From Deltaproteobacteria bacterium TL4 (GTDB taxonomy: Bacteria; SAR324; NAC60-12), in contig JBBCAX010000396.1 of the NCBI GenBank assembly GCA_051382335.1, forward strand, positions 1 through 32,027: 32,027 nucleotides of DNA, written 5' to 3'. The notes under the pieces were generated by a model. That model was not told the DNA's origin, did not search any database, and saw only the letters and a program-made list of their open reading frames with translations. Positions 8,146-17,640 of this stretch are shown one piece after another. How positions within the stretch are numbered: the first letter of the stretch is position 1; the number at the start of each line of letters is the position of its first letter. A program made the translations under genes and the position numbers.

Positions 8146-9045
8146 ATGAGTTTATTATCCTGGATTCATTATTGTAACGCTTTTGATCCTTCAAACTTTA
8201 TCCCGTTTGAAGTTGAAGGACAAACGGTAGGATGTATCCGAAAGACAAATCTTGTTCCTTTGAAAGCGTTTGCTCATGTTTTTCAAATTCTGGAGGATCG
8301 TGTGGTTCTCCAGCCTCACCTCAGCTCCTTAAAAGAGCGCAATCAGGCAGTTCAACAGGTGCTGCCAGCCTTGGAAGCTCAGCACCTGATTTCTCACCAA
8401 TATCATGAATTCTATCCTGTCTCTTTTTCTTTTAATGATCCCCCTTTATTGCTGCTTGAAAGAGCCGCGGTGCCTTTTTTCGGGACACGTGCTTCAGGTG
8501 TTCATCTGAACGCTATTGTTTACAAAGAGCAGCAGTGTTTTATGTGGATTGCGCGCCGTTCCCAGACTCGGACCAGCTTTCCCGGATATTTAGATAACTT
8601 GGTGGCAGGAGGGCGGGCGTATCCTCATAGTGCTTGGGAAACTTTGATCAAGGAAGCTCAGGAGGAAGCGGGCATTCCCCAGATGGTGGCTCAACAAGCA
8701 CGAGCGGTGGGTGCGATTAATTATGCCAGAGAAGTGAAATCGGGGGTACGTCGGGATGTGATCTTCAGTTATGACTTGGTTTTACCCGAATCTTTTCAAC
8801 CTCAAAACGTGGATCATGAAGTAGAAACTTTTTATCTTTGGCCTATTGAAAAAGTGATCGAACTGGTGACGCATACTGAAGAATTTAAAACAAATTGTAA
8901 CTTGGTGATCATTGATTTTTTAATCAGACATGGTTGGATCACTCCAGAAACACCCCATTATCTGGAAATGATTGCGGGATTGCACCATCCTGATCCCCTT
9001 TCTTCTTCATCGCAACTCTATCCAAAAAGCACCGTCTCCTCCTAA
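8146..9045 (+). CDS. Nudix hydrolase (DUF4743-type N-terminus)
   Basis: ERAAVPFFG, GVHLN, MWIARRS, PGYLDNLVAGG, KEAQEEAGI Nudix box. Confidence 0.88.
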   Translation: MSLLSWIHYCNAFDPSNFIPFEVEGQTVGCIRKTNLVPLKAFAHVFQILEDRVVLQPHLSSLKERNQAVQQVLPALEAQHLISHQYHEFYPVSFSFNDPPLLLLERAAVPFFGTRASGVHLNAIVYKEQQCFMWIARRSQTRTSFPGYLDNLVAGGRAYPHSAWETLIKEAQEEAGIPQMVAQQARAVGAINYAREVKSGVRRDVIFSYDLVLPESFQPQNVDHEVETFYLWPIEKVIELVTHTEEFKTNCNLVIIDFLIRHGWITPETPHYLEMIAGLHHPDPLSSSSQLYPKSTVSS

Positions 9046-9456
9046 TTGCGGTGGCGCCGTACGAAAATCCCGGATATAAGGCTTTCCTTTACTTTTAAGC
9101 CAGGTGGCAACTTCTGTTTTCAAAATGGGGCCTCCATAGCCTGAGTGAAGGCCTTTTCCTGTGATGATCAAAACGACATTGAATCTCTTTTTTATGCTTT
9201 GTACTATGAAATTTTGAACTTTTTTAAGCGCGTTTTCTAAAGTTTCTCCGTGTAGATCCAACGCATCGTCCGGTGTGGTTTTCCATGATTTTGATTTCTG
9301 ATTCGAGGAATTTGGGTTGAACAGCGGAGCCGGAATCTCCTTTTCAAAAAGGCGCATGTCGTTCAGGAGCGCTTCCATGATTGAATCCTCATGCTGTGTT
9401 TCCTCAAATTCAAGGAGTAGCGTTCTTTTCAGAACTTGAGGCCTCTTTTTTGTCAT
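9007..9456 (-). CDS. Smr/MutS2 C-terminal domain protein
   Basis: LDLHG, IITGKGLHS, GGDGA motifs. Confidence 0.9.
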   Translation of the reverse strand: MTKKRPQVLKRTLLLEFEETQHEDSIMEALLNDMRLFEKEIPAPLFNPNSSNQKSKSWKTTPDDALDLHGETLENALKKVQNFIVQSIKKRFNVVLIITGKGLHSGYGGPILKTEVATWLKSKGKPYIRDFRTAPPQLGGDGAFWIELR

Positions 9457-9561
9457 AACGTTACACTACCAAAGGTTATCCATTAAGCGTTTTGACCTCA
9501 GCGTCTGTTCCCTCGAAGCTTTTAAGGTTCTAATGAGCTCTTATCTCACCATGAACAAGGT

Positions 9562-10782
9562 TTAAAAAATCTCCAGACCAATCAGGGTGATATCATCATC
9601 ATAATAAATTTTATTGCTAAAATCTAAGCCAAAATCATAAATTTTTTCCAGTAATTTCTCAACAGGGACCTGGTTATTTTTCAAAAGAAACGCATCCAAG
9701 CCTTCGGAATCAATCCTCTGACCTTGAGAACTTTCCATTTCAATAATCGCGTCGGTATACATCAATATTTTATCACCGGGGAGCAATTGAATCTCCTTTT
9801 CTTCAAACTCAACCAGGCCTGGAGGGAATTGTCCCACAAAAATTCCCGAAGTATTGAGCTTGAGGATGTGGGGTTCTTTCTGGTTTCGAATAATCAGGGC
9901 TGGAGGGTGTCCGGCATTGGAGAAGGATAGTTTTTGGGACTGGGTATCATAAATGGCGTAAAACATGGTGGCGAAGGTGCCATCCGGCATTTTTTCAGCT
10001 AACATCTCGTTGGTGAGATCCAGCGCGGTCTGGGGAGAGGCCAAGTTATAGGCTGAGTTTTTAAAGGTAACAGCCACCATAAATGACAGCAATGCGGCAG
10101 GAATACCGTGTCCCGTAACATCTGCGATTAAGAAACCGTACTTATTGCTCCCTAAGGAAAGCACATCATAAAAATCACCACCAATTTTATCCATGGGCAC
10201 ATATTTCACCGCGATTTTAGCGTTAGGTAACTCAGGGAGTGTATCCGGAAACAAAATCTGTTGAGTGCCTCTGGCCCTGTCCAGTTCATTGTCCATCTGC
10301 TGTTTTTGCTGCATGATGGTTTGATACGAATTTTGTAAGGCTGCTTCAGCAAGTTTTCGTGCCTCAATTTCTTCAACAAGTAAATGGAAAGCGCGGCGAC
10401 GCTCAATATAGCCTACCGTTCGTGCTTCGAGTTCTTGAGAAAGGAAAGGTTTGCTAAGGTAATCGGTCGCTCCCAATTCAAACGCTTTGATCTTGGTCTG
10501 TTCATCGGTATGTGAGGTTAGGAATAATACGGGCAGATTCTCAAGTTCAGGAACACTTCGTATATGTTTGATCAACTCTAAGCCTCCCATAACCGGCATT
10601 TCAATGTCTGTTATGACCAGTTCAATTTTATTTTTTCCCAAGAGTTCTATCGCGATTTTTCCATTTTCCGCCTCGAAAATATCATAGTTTTTATTGCTGA
10701 TTTCTAAAAAAACTCTTCGAATGGACATGCGGATAAATCGGCTATCATCAACGATCAAAACACGATAGTAATCTGTTTCCAT
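9562..10782 (-). CDS. Response regulator fused to SpoIIE/RsbU-like PP2C phosphatase
   Basis: VLIVDDS, TDIEMP, KPF receiver; GGDFY, ADVTGHG, NAGHPP, YTDAI, DDIT phosphatase motifs. Confidence 0.93.
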   Translation of the reverse strand: METDYYRVLIVDDSRFIRMSIRRVFLEISNKNYDIFEAENGKIAIELLGKNKIELVITDIEMPVMGGLELIKHIRSVPELENLPVLFLTSHTDEQTKIKAFELGATDYLSKPFLSQELEARTVGYIERRRAFHLLVEEIEARKLAEAALQNSYQTIMQQKQQMDNELDRARGTQQILFPDTLPELPNAKIAVKYVPMDKIGGDFYDVLSLGSNKYGFLIADVTGHGIPAALLSFMVAVTFKNSAYNLASPQTALDLTNEMLAEKMPDGTFATMFYAIYDTQSQKLSFSNAGHPPALIIRNQKEPHILKLNTSGIFVGQFPPGLVEFEEKEIQLLPGDKILMYTDAIIEMESSQGQRIDSEGLDAFLLKNNQVPVEKLLEKIYDFGLDFSNKIYYDDDITLIGLEIF

Positions 10783-11042
10783 AGGTGAGATCCTGCTAGT
10801 ACTGTATAAAGTTGTTGTGTCTCAATTTAAGTCATCTGGTTCTCTTCATAACACCTTTTCGGCAAATCGACAATCATTCGATTTATAAATTCATAATTAT
10901 TTTTAATAATAGGGTGTCCCTGAACAACAAATACTTGTGCCTTTTTTACAATATTTTATGATGGTACAAGCCGCCGGGGAATCTCAGGTTCAGGAGTCCC
11001 TGTTTGCGAAGAGGGCCTCCGGTCTAAAGCGGGACAATCGTA

Positions 11043-11078
11043 GTAGGGTGTGTTAGCGAAGAATGAGCGTAACGCACC
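11043..11078 (+). repeat. GTAG-class REP element upstream of holB
   Basis: GTAGGGTGTGTTAGCGAAGAATGAGCGTAACGCACC; preceded by a TAAAGCGGGACAA motif like the one at 14876-14888. Confidence 0.7.
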
Positions 11079-11120
11079 AAACCTATCAACCTAGCACCAC
11101 TCGTTATGAGGAACAAACCA

Positions 11121-12113
11121 ATGGGATTTTCAACAATACAGGGACAAGACAGGGCCCTTCAATCCATCAGGCAGACAATTCAAGAGAACCGTATCCCTTC
11201 CGCGTGGTTGTTTACGGGAATGGCTCATATCGGAAAATTCAAAACTGCGGTCACCATGGTTCAAGGGTTGAATTGTTTGTCACAAACAGGAGACGCTTGT
11301 TTGCAATGTGAGGCTTGTTCGCAAATTCAACACCGAACGTTTGCTGATTTTTCGGTAATTGAACCGGAGGGGCAATATATAAAAATCGGTCAAATCAAAG
11401 AAGCCTTGCAATGGTTGAATTTTCGTTCTGCCAAAGGGCACTATCGTGTATTATTAGTGGATCATGCGGAGCAAATGAATAAAGAGGCCTCCAATGCGTT
11501 TTTAAAAACCTTGGAAGAACCGCCTCCCCAAACACTCCTTGTGCTCCTTGCGGAAAGCCCACAACAACTGCTGGAAACCATGGTCTCCCGTTGCCAACTC
11601 CTTCGTTTTCAACCCTTAAAACCCGAAGTGATTTCCAATATTCTTCAACAACAGTACCCGCTGACTCCTGAGCAAACTTCGTTCCTCACTTCTTTTTGCA
11701 TGGGACAGGTTCGTGGGGATTGGGCTGAAAAAATTGAGGTTTTACAAAGCCTTCGAAACACGATGCTCCGTTTGTTAAGGTCTTTAAATCCTGCGGTTAT
11801 GGAAGAAATCCTGGTTTTATCCACACAATGGAGTTCCCCCAAGGAGACAGAGTGGTCGTTTTTGATTGATTTTTTAAGTTATTGGTTCAGAGATTTAGCG
11901 TGGTTGTTGCATGGTCTTCCTTTCCAGCAGGTATTCAATCAAGACTGTCAAAAAGAACTCCAGGAAGCCTTGAAAGACTACTCCTTAAAGAACGTTATGG
12001 AAACCTATTCCATAATATTGAAAACTAAAGAGGCGATTAATCTGAACGCCAATAAGGCGCTAGCTTTAGAAGCGCTTTGGATTCAATTACGACAAAAGCG
12101 GGAACAGGGATGA
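11121..12113 (+). CDS. holB: DNA polymerase III delta-prime subunit
   Basis: GQD, AWLFTG...GK, Cys cluster CLQCEAC, ASNAFLKTLEEPP, SRC; GAGGA before ATG 11121. Confidence 0.92.
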   Translation: MGFSTIQGQDRALQSIRQTIQENRIPSAWLFTGMAHIGKFKTAVTMVQGLNCLSQTGDACLQCEACSQIQHRTFADFSVIEPEGQYIKIGQIKEALQWLNFRSAKGHYRVLLVDHAEQMNKEASNAFLKTLEEPPPQTLLVLLAESPQQLLETMVSRCQLLRFQPLKPEVISNILQQQYPLTPEQTSFLTSFCMGQVRGDWAEKIEVLQSLRNTMLRLLRSLNPAVMEEILVLSTQWSSPKETEWSFLIDFLSYWFRDLAWLLHGLPFQQVFNQDCQKELQEALKDYSLKNVMETYSIILKTKEAINLNANKALALEALWIQLRQKREQG

Positions 12114-12613
12114 GAATACTCCAATTTACGGTTAGTCTTTTGTTTATAGTAGGCCTTTTGTCCTTTCCCTCATTTCTGTGGAGTGAACCCACAGAAATCG
12201 AATTCAAGGCTATCCGCTCTCAAGTCGATACCGCTTTTCGTGATTTCATTCAACTGTGGAGAGAAGAACGGTATTTTGAACTCTATGAAAAAGGAAAGCT
12301 GCAATCACAAAGGGATCTAAAACCTGGCGAATATGCCACACGAATGGTTGAGCTGAATTGGGTTCCAGTGAAACTGATTGAAGACCCACCGATTGAAATT
12401 TCTTTTCAATTTCGAACTTTGATTTACGTTACGGCAACCATTGAGTTTGGACACAAAAGTAATGAATCCCTCCGCTTCAAAAAGCGTCAAACATTTCTGT
12501 TACTTTGGGAGAAAAATGAATGGCGTTTTGATTTATTACAAATGATCCGGGCTCCTTTTTATACGCCAGAAAATGTGCTCTCTGAAGCCAAGCAAGAAAC
12601 CCCCAAACCTTAA
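12110..12613 (+). CDS. Hypothetical exported protein
   Basis: ATGA overlap with holB stop; MRILQFTVSLLFIVGLLSFPSFLWS looks like a signal peptide. Confidence 0.75.
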   Translation: MRILQFTVSLLFIVGLLSFPSFLWSEPTEIEFKAIRSQVDTAFRDFIQLWREERYFELYEKGKLQSQRDLKPGEYATRMVELNWVPVKLIEDPPIEISFQFRTLIYVTATIEFGHKSNESLRFKKRQTFLLLWEKNEWRFDLLQMIRAPFYTPENVLSEAKQETPKP

Positions 12614-12621
12614 TAGCTTTG

Positions 12622-14811
12622 ATGATGTCTCAAGAAGAAGTGACCCTGGTGGGAACATTGGAACGTATTATTTATGAAAATCCGGAGGCGGGGTTTTTGA
12701 TTGGTCATTTTTTGCAGGAAAAATCCTCCACCCCGATCACGATTAAAGGAACGCTCTTTAATATTGCCCTACATGATACCCTTCAACTGAAGGGCCGTTG
12801 GGAGAACCATAAAGTCTATGGAACGCAGTTCGGAGTAACCGAATTTATGCCGGTCTTACCAACCTCATTGGAAGGCATGGAGCGGTATCTGGCCTCGGAT
12901 GTGTTTAAAGGCATCGGCAAACGCACCGCAAAACGGATTGTGAAAACCTTTGGAGAGCAAACCTTCGACATTATCGATAACTCGCCTGAGGAGCTCCTTA
13001 AAAAAGTTCCACGTTTTAATAAAAAACACTTCAATGCGATCATGGCGGTCCGTGAGGATCAAAAAGGCATCAGGGAGGTGATGAGTTTTCTGCATGGTCT
13101 GGGCATTTCTCAAAGCTATGCGTACAAGATTTTTAACAAATATGGCTTTAGCGCGGTTCCCCTGATTCAAACGAATCCTTATCAACTGACTGAAATACAA
13201 GGCATCGGATTTTTGATTGCCGATACGATTGCGCGGAAGATCGGCTTTGATGAAAACTCCATTGAACGCGCGACCGCCGGGGGGTTGTATATGTTGGAAC
13301 AACTCGCGTCACAAGGTCATACCTGTTATCCCAGAGCCTTGCTGGTACAGAAAACTCATGAAGAACTTAAAATTGACGTGGAGGTGCTGGAAAAAGCAAT
13401 CACTCAAAGTCTAAATGATCGATTCTTAAAAAAACACACAGGATCCTCGTCTCCAGCAAAAAGTGGAAACGAATTGATTGCCCGCCCCCGATACTATTAT
13501 GCGGAGCAGCGAATTGCGGAAAATTTATACAGGGTGATGAGCAGTCAGGCCTTTACGTCTTTTGAGCATGAAACGTTTTTGATTCGTAAAAAAGAAGCAC
13601 AATTAAATATCACTTTGGATCCGGTGCAACGAGAGGCGATTGCCGCAGCGCTGAAACATAAAGTCTTAATCATCACCGGCGGACCTGGAACAGGAAAAAC
13701 AACAATCATTCGCTTTATTCTGGCTTTGATGCATTCTCATATTCCTGCCATCGCGCTCGCCGCACCAACGGGAAAAGCGGCAAAGCGCTTGTCGGAAACC
13801 ACAGAATCCCCTGCGTCAACCATTCATCGTTTATTGGAAGCCGGGAACACAGGGTTTACGAAAAATCGTGAAAATCCGCTGGACTATGAATTGCTGATCA
13901 TTGATGAAACCTCCATGATTGATACCCTGTTGATGGACGCTCTGTTGGAAGCGATTCCTTCTTCATCACGCTTGGTGCTGGTGGGCGATGTGGATCAATT
14001 ACCTTCTGTGGGAGCCGGAACGATTTTGCTGGATTTGATTCAGTCGAAATTAGTTCCAGTGATTCGTTTGGAAACCGTATTTCGCCAAGCAGAAAATAGT
14101 TTAATCACTGTTAATGCGCATAAAGTACGCAAAGGTCAATTTCCGAACATTCTGCGCTCTGAAAATGAGAATCTTCAGGATTTTTATTTCATTCGTGAAC
14201 ATGATCAGAACCGGATTGTTGATAAAATAATAACAATGGTCACAGAGCGCATCCCTTCCCGTTTTGGCTTGGATCCGCTGATGGAATTGCAGGTCCTTTC
14301 TCCGATGCATCGAGGGTTGACAGGAACCATCAATCTGAATCAACGTCTGCAAAACGCTTTGAATCCTTCCACGAAAAGTTTGACCCATCGGGATCAGCTT
14401 TTCAAGGTGGGAGATAAGGTCATGCAGCAACAGAACTGGTATGAGCAGGATGTGTTTAATGGCGATGCCGGAATTATTTGTGAGATCAATGCCGAAACCA
14501 AGGAAATCAGGGTAGAATATGATCAGGCGACCATTCTTTATCAGGCTGGTGATTTGGATCAACTGCTGTTGGCCTACGCGATTTCTGTGCATAAATCTCA
14601 AGGCAGTGAGTATCCCGCGGTTATTTTGCCTCTAACCTCTCATCATTACATGATGCTTCAACGAAATCTGGTTTATACCGCATTAACCCGGGGAAAGCAG
14701 TTGGTGATCATTATCGGGACAGAAAAAGCGCTGCAAATGGCCATTGATAACGATAGTCCCGCCTTACGATATACGGCCTTGAATTTGGAACTGGATCAGG
14801 TGTGGCGATGA
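12622..14811 (+). CDS. recD2: RecD2-family ATP-dependent helicase
   Basis: HKVYGTQF, HhH GIG motifs, GGPGTGKT, APTGKAAKR, IIDETSM, GDVDQLPSVG, SVHKSQGSE, YTALTRGK. Confidence 0.95.
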   Translation: MMSQEEVTLVGTLERIIYENPEAGFLIGHFLQEKSSTPITIKGTLFNIALHDTLQLKGRWENHKVYGTQFGVTEFMPVLPTSLEGMERYLASDVFKGIGKRTAKRIVKTFGEQTFDIIDNSPEELLKKVPRFNKKHFNAIMAVREDQKGIREVMSFLHGLGISQSYAYKIFNKYGFSAVPLIQTNPYQLTEIQGIGFLIADTIARKIGFDENSIERATAGGLYMLEQLASQGHTCYPRALLVQKTHEELKIDVEVLEKAITQSLNDRFLKKHTGSSSPAKSGNELIARPRYYYAEQRIAENLYRVMSSQAFTSFEHETFLIRKKEAQLNITLDPVQREAIAAALKHKVLIITGGPGTGKTTIIRFILALMHSHIPAIALAAPTGKAAKRLSETTESPASTIHRLLEAGNTGFTKNRENPLDYELLIIDETSMIDTLLMDALLEAIPSSSRLVLVGDVDQLPSVGAGTILLDLIQSKLVPVIRLETVFRQAENSLITVNAHKVRKGQFPNILRSENENLQDFYFIREHDQNRIVDKIITMVTERIPSRFGLDPLMELQVLSPMHRGLTGTINLNQRLQNALNPSTKSLTHRDQLFKVGDKVMQQQNWYEQDVFNGDAGIICEINAETKEIRVEYDQATILYQAGDLDQLLLAYAISVHKSQGSEYPAVILPLTSHHYMMLQRNLVYTALTRGKQLVIIIGTEKALQMAIDNDSPALRYTALNLELDQVWR

Positions 14812-14863
14812 AACCTGGCATACACAGATGAAAATCCTTTCAACTCTTGAAATTGTTTCCATG

Positions 14864-15086
14864 GGATACCCCCTTTAAGACGGGACAAAATTGTAGGGTG
14901 CGCTTAAGCGTAGCGAGCGCACCGAACAATCTGTGACTGGTGCGCTTAAGCGTAGCGAGCGCACCGAACAAATCTGTGGCTGGTGCGCTTAAGCGAAGCG
15001 AGCGCACCGAACAATCTGTGGCTGGTGCGCTCGCTTCGCTTAAGCACACCCTACATGAAGTGTTGTTCCGCCTTAAGTGAGTAGCC
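14864..15086. repeat. Tandemly expanded REPIN (three direct plus one inverted REP, 14893-15054) inside imperfect outer inverted repeats
   Basis: Units GGTGCGCTTAAGCG(T/A)AGCGAGCGCACC at 14897, 14939, 14982 and an inverted copy at 15024; near-identical linkers; outer GGATACCCCCTTTAAGACGGGACAA / TTGTTCCGCCTTAAGTGAGTAGCC. Confidence 0.85.
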
Positions 15087-15137
15087 GCCGGATCAATCCT
15101 GGAAGTTTGTCATTAACCTTTTGCTAAGATGTAGCTT

Positions 15138-17279
15138 ATGCCTAGTTCTGATTCCGTTGTCGCTTTACTTGTTGATGATGAACCGTATATACGGGATTTC
15201 CTATCAAAAGTTTTAGGAAGAAATTCCATTTGTACCCATCAAGCCTCTAATGGTCAAGAAGCCTTGGAGGTTTTGAAACAACAGCACATTGATCTGATCA
15301 TTACCGATGTCCGTATGCCTTTTATGGATGGGATTCAACTGACCAGGCAAGTCCGTAAGGAGTACCCGGAGATGCCGATTGTTGTGTTGAGCGGCTTTAC
15401 CGACGAGGAGATGGTGATTGCCGCACTAAGAGGAGGTGCCAATAATTTTTTGAATAAACCCGTGGATCATCATGAATTTCTGCATGTGATCCTTCCGCTG
15501 GTAGCAATCATTGAGCAAAGAAGGACTCAAATCTTTGATTATCGACTGCTTCAAAAATTATCGGGAGAAATTTGTCTGGGAAATGACCTTAAAGCCATTC
15601 CCGCAACTGTTGACTTTTTAGTCCAACACCTCAAAACCGGCCCTTACACCTCAAGGTTACATGGCTTGAAAATTGGTCTTCAAGAAATGCTTGTGAATGC
15701 CATTGAACATGGAAATTTGGCAATTACCAATGCGGAAAAAGAGGAGGCCTTGGAAAAAGGAACTTTTGAAAAGTTACTCCAGGAACGTCTTGAGGTTAAA
15801 GAGTATCAAAGCCGGAAGGTTTCGATTCAATATGAATTCACTCCAGCCAAAGCCCTATTTAAAATTATTGATGCCGGGAAAGGTTTTGACTGGTTAAAAT
15901 TCGCGGATGAATTCGGGCAGAGTCGTTTGATGGCGAAGTCTGGTAAGGGCATCTTGTTTGCGAGATTGTATTGTGATGAAGTTCACTATGATGAAAAGGG
16001 AACTCAAGTCTCGTTAGTGATCAATAATGAGGAATATCAGGGTGATGATCAAGAGGTTATGAGTGTTTTTGAAAACAGGAAGAATAAAATTTTGGTTGTC
16101 GATGATGAACCTATGGTTTTCACTCAATTACAAACCGTACTGCAAGAATGGGGATATACGGCTGGATTTATATCACAACCCAGCTTTTTATTTCCACGCT
16201 TGGAAAAGGAGGATTTTGACCTGATTTTGATGGATATTCATATGCCGGAAATGAATGGCGTTGAATTACTGAAACAGCTCAAAGTCCATTCCGCTTATCA
16301 AAACATTCCGATAGTCATGTTGACTGGAGAGGGAAACCAACAATTGATTGCCAACTGCTTTGAGATGGGAGCTGAGGATTACTTAACAAAACCGTTCAAT
16401 CACGCGGTTTTGAAAGCACGCATTTCCTCTATTATCGAACGGAAAAAATCCTATAATAAGATCCACAGAATGAACAGTGAGCTTTCGCGTCAATATAGAG
16501 CGTTATCAGATGTTCAGGGGGCGTTGGAAAAACGTCATCAGCAAGTCCAGGAAGACATCCAATTGGCCTCCAAGATTCAAAAAGCAACCTTCTCTTTACT
16601 TCCTGATCCTGGTTTTCTGAAAACCTCGCTACTCTTCATTCCTCACAGTATTGTTTCAGGCGATGTCTATTATGCGTCAGCGGAACCGAATGGGGATCTG
16701 TTCATTTTTTTGGGAGATGTGACAGGACATGGCGTCTCCGCGGCCTTTATGACCATTATGGTAAGAATGATTCTGGAAAACATGGAGGACTCAGAAACCT
16801 ATCATTCCAATCAGGAAATCTTGCTCTTGCTCAACGAAAAGATGAATTTTTACGTTCCCAAGGGAGATTATATTGTGGGCGTGGATTTAACCATTTCGCC
16901 TACAGGGATGTTGACGGCTTGTAGTGCGGGAGGCCCTCCGTTCCTGATTCTTTCTGATCGTAGCGAAGAACCGATTTCTTTAACTACAGGCGGACAGGCA
17001 CTTGGAATGTTTGCTAAAGTGCGAATACCCTATGTCGAAGAAAGTTTTCAACTGAAGGCCGGAGACAAAGTAATCCTTTTTACAGATGGAATTCTGGAGT
17101 GGCGAAACAAAGCCCAAGTTTCCTTTGGGAGCGATCGCCTCAGCAATTTTTTAATGAGCCACAAAACTCAGGAAATTGGAGTTCTCCTTGCGGGATTGTT
17201 GAAAGAAGTCCAGGATTTTGCGCAAGAATGCCCCTGCCAGGATGACTTCACCGTGTTAGGCTTTGAATTCCTCGGCTAG
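15138..17279 (+). CDS. REC - RsbW-like Ser/Thr kinase (HATPase) - REC - PP2C phosphatase hybrid
   Basis: TDVRMP and MDIHMP receivers; EMLVNAIEHG, DAGKGF, SGKGI; SGDVY, GDVTGHG, FTDGI, DDFT. Confidence 0.92.
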   Translation: MPSSDSVVALLVDDEPYIRDFLSKVLGRNSICTHQASNGQEALEVLKQQHIDLIITDVRMPFMDGIQLTRQVRKEYPEMPIVVLSGFTDEEMVIAALRGGANNFLNKPVDHHEFLHVILPLVAIIEQRRTQIFDYRLLQKLSGEICLGNDLKAIPATVDFLVQHLKTGPYTSRLHGLKIGLQEMLVNAIEHGNLAITNAEKEEALEKGTFEKLLQERLEVKEYQSRKVSIQYEFTPAKALFKIIDAGKGFDWLKFADEFGQSRLMAKSGKGILFARLYCDEVHYDEKGTQVSLVINNEEYQGDDQEVMSVFENRKNKILVVDDEPMVFTQLQTVLQEWGYTAGFISQPSFLFPRLEKEDFDLILMDIHMPEMNGVELLKQLKVHSAYQNIPIVMLTGEGNQQLIANCFEMGAEDYLTKPFNHAVLKARISSIIERKKSYNKIHRMNSELSRQYRALSDVQGALEKRHQQVQEDIQLASKIQKATFSLLPDPGFLKTSLLFIPHSIVSGDVYYASAEPNGDLFIFLGDVTGHGVSAAFMTIMVRMILENMEDSETYHSNQEILLLLNEKMNFYVPKGDYIVGVDLTISPTGMLTACSAGGPPFLILSDRSEEPISLTTGGQALGMFAKVRIPYVEESFQLKAGDKVILFTDGILEWRNKAQVSFGSDRLSNFLMSHKTQEIGVLLAGLLKEVQDFAQECPCQDDFTVLGFEFLG

Positions 17280-17600
17280 AGCCTCACTTTCAGATTCATA
17301 GATGGTGATCATTCGGTTTAATTTTAGCAGCTCTAATAATTTAAAACAATCCTGGCTCAGACTGCAGAGCAGTAATTGTTTTTCAGCTTTTTCCAAGTCT
17401 TGATAAGTTGAGGCAATCAGGCCCACGCCCTTGGAATCAATAATATGGACGTCTTGAAAATTTAAAAGAATTTTTTTGACTTCAGCGGCTTTGATGAGAG
17501 GTAAGAGGTAGTTATGAAGTTCTTGATTCTCACTTAAAGCGAGATTACCAAAAATAGTGACGAGACAAATCCTTTTTTCAACCCGATGTATGATTTTCAT
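17256..17600 (-). CDS. STAS-domain anti-sigma factor antagonist
   Basis: ILLNFQDVHIIDSKGVG with Ser at the SpoIIAA-type phosphoacceptor position; IYESESEAL C-terminus; GGAG before ATG 17600. Confidence 0.88.
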   Translation of the reverse strand: MKIIHRVEKRICLVTIFGNLALSENQELHNYLLPLIKAAEVKKILLNFQDVHIIDSKGVGLIASTYQDLEKAEKQLLLCSLSQDCFKLLELLKLNRMITIYESESEALAEEFKA

Positions 17601-17640
17601 AAGTTTCTCCACTAATCATTAAAGTTCTAAATGTTATTTT

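Noticed and set aside
10854..10885. Sigma28 promoter on the minus strand for the REC-PP2C gene
   Set aside because: GCCGAAAA is present but no TAAA -35 at the 15-nt spacing.
11010..11040. c-di-GMP-I riboswitch (GCCTCCGGTCTAAA)
   Set aside because: The upstream GGCAAA...GAAA...GACGCAAA part is missing; the motif is better explained by the REP-flanking repeat at 14864-14888.
14893..15054. CRISPR array
   Set aside because: Linkers are only 15-16 nt and nearly identical, the last unit is inverted, the ends carry GTAG/CTAC REP feet, and no cas genes are in the window.
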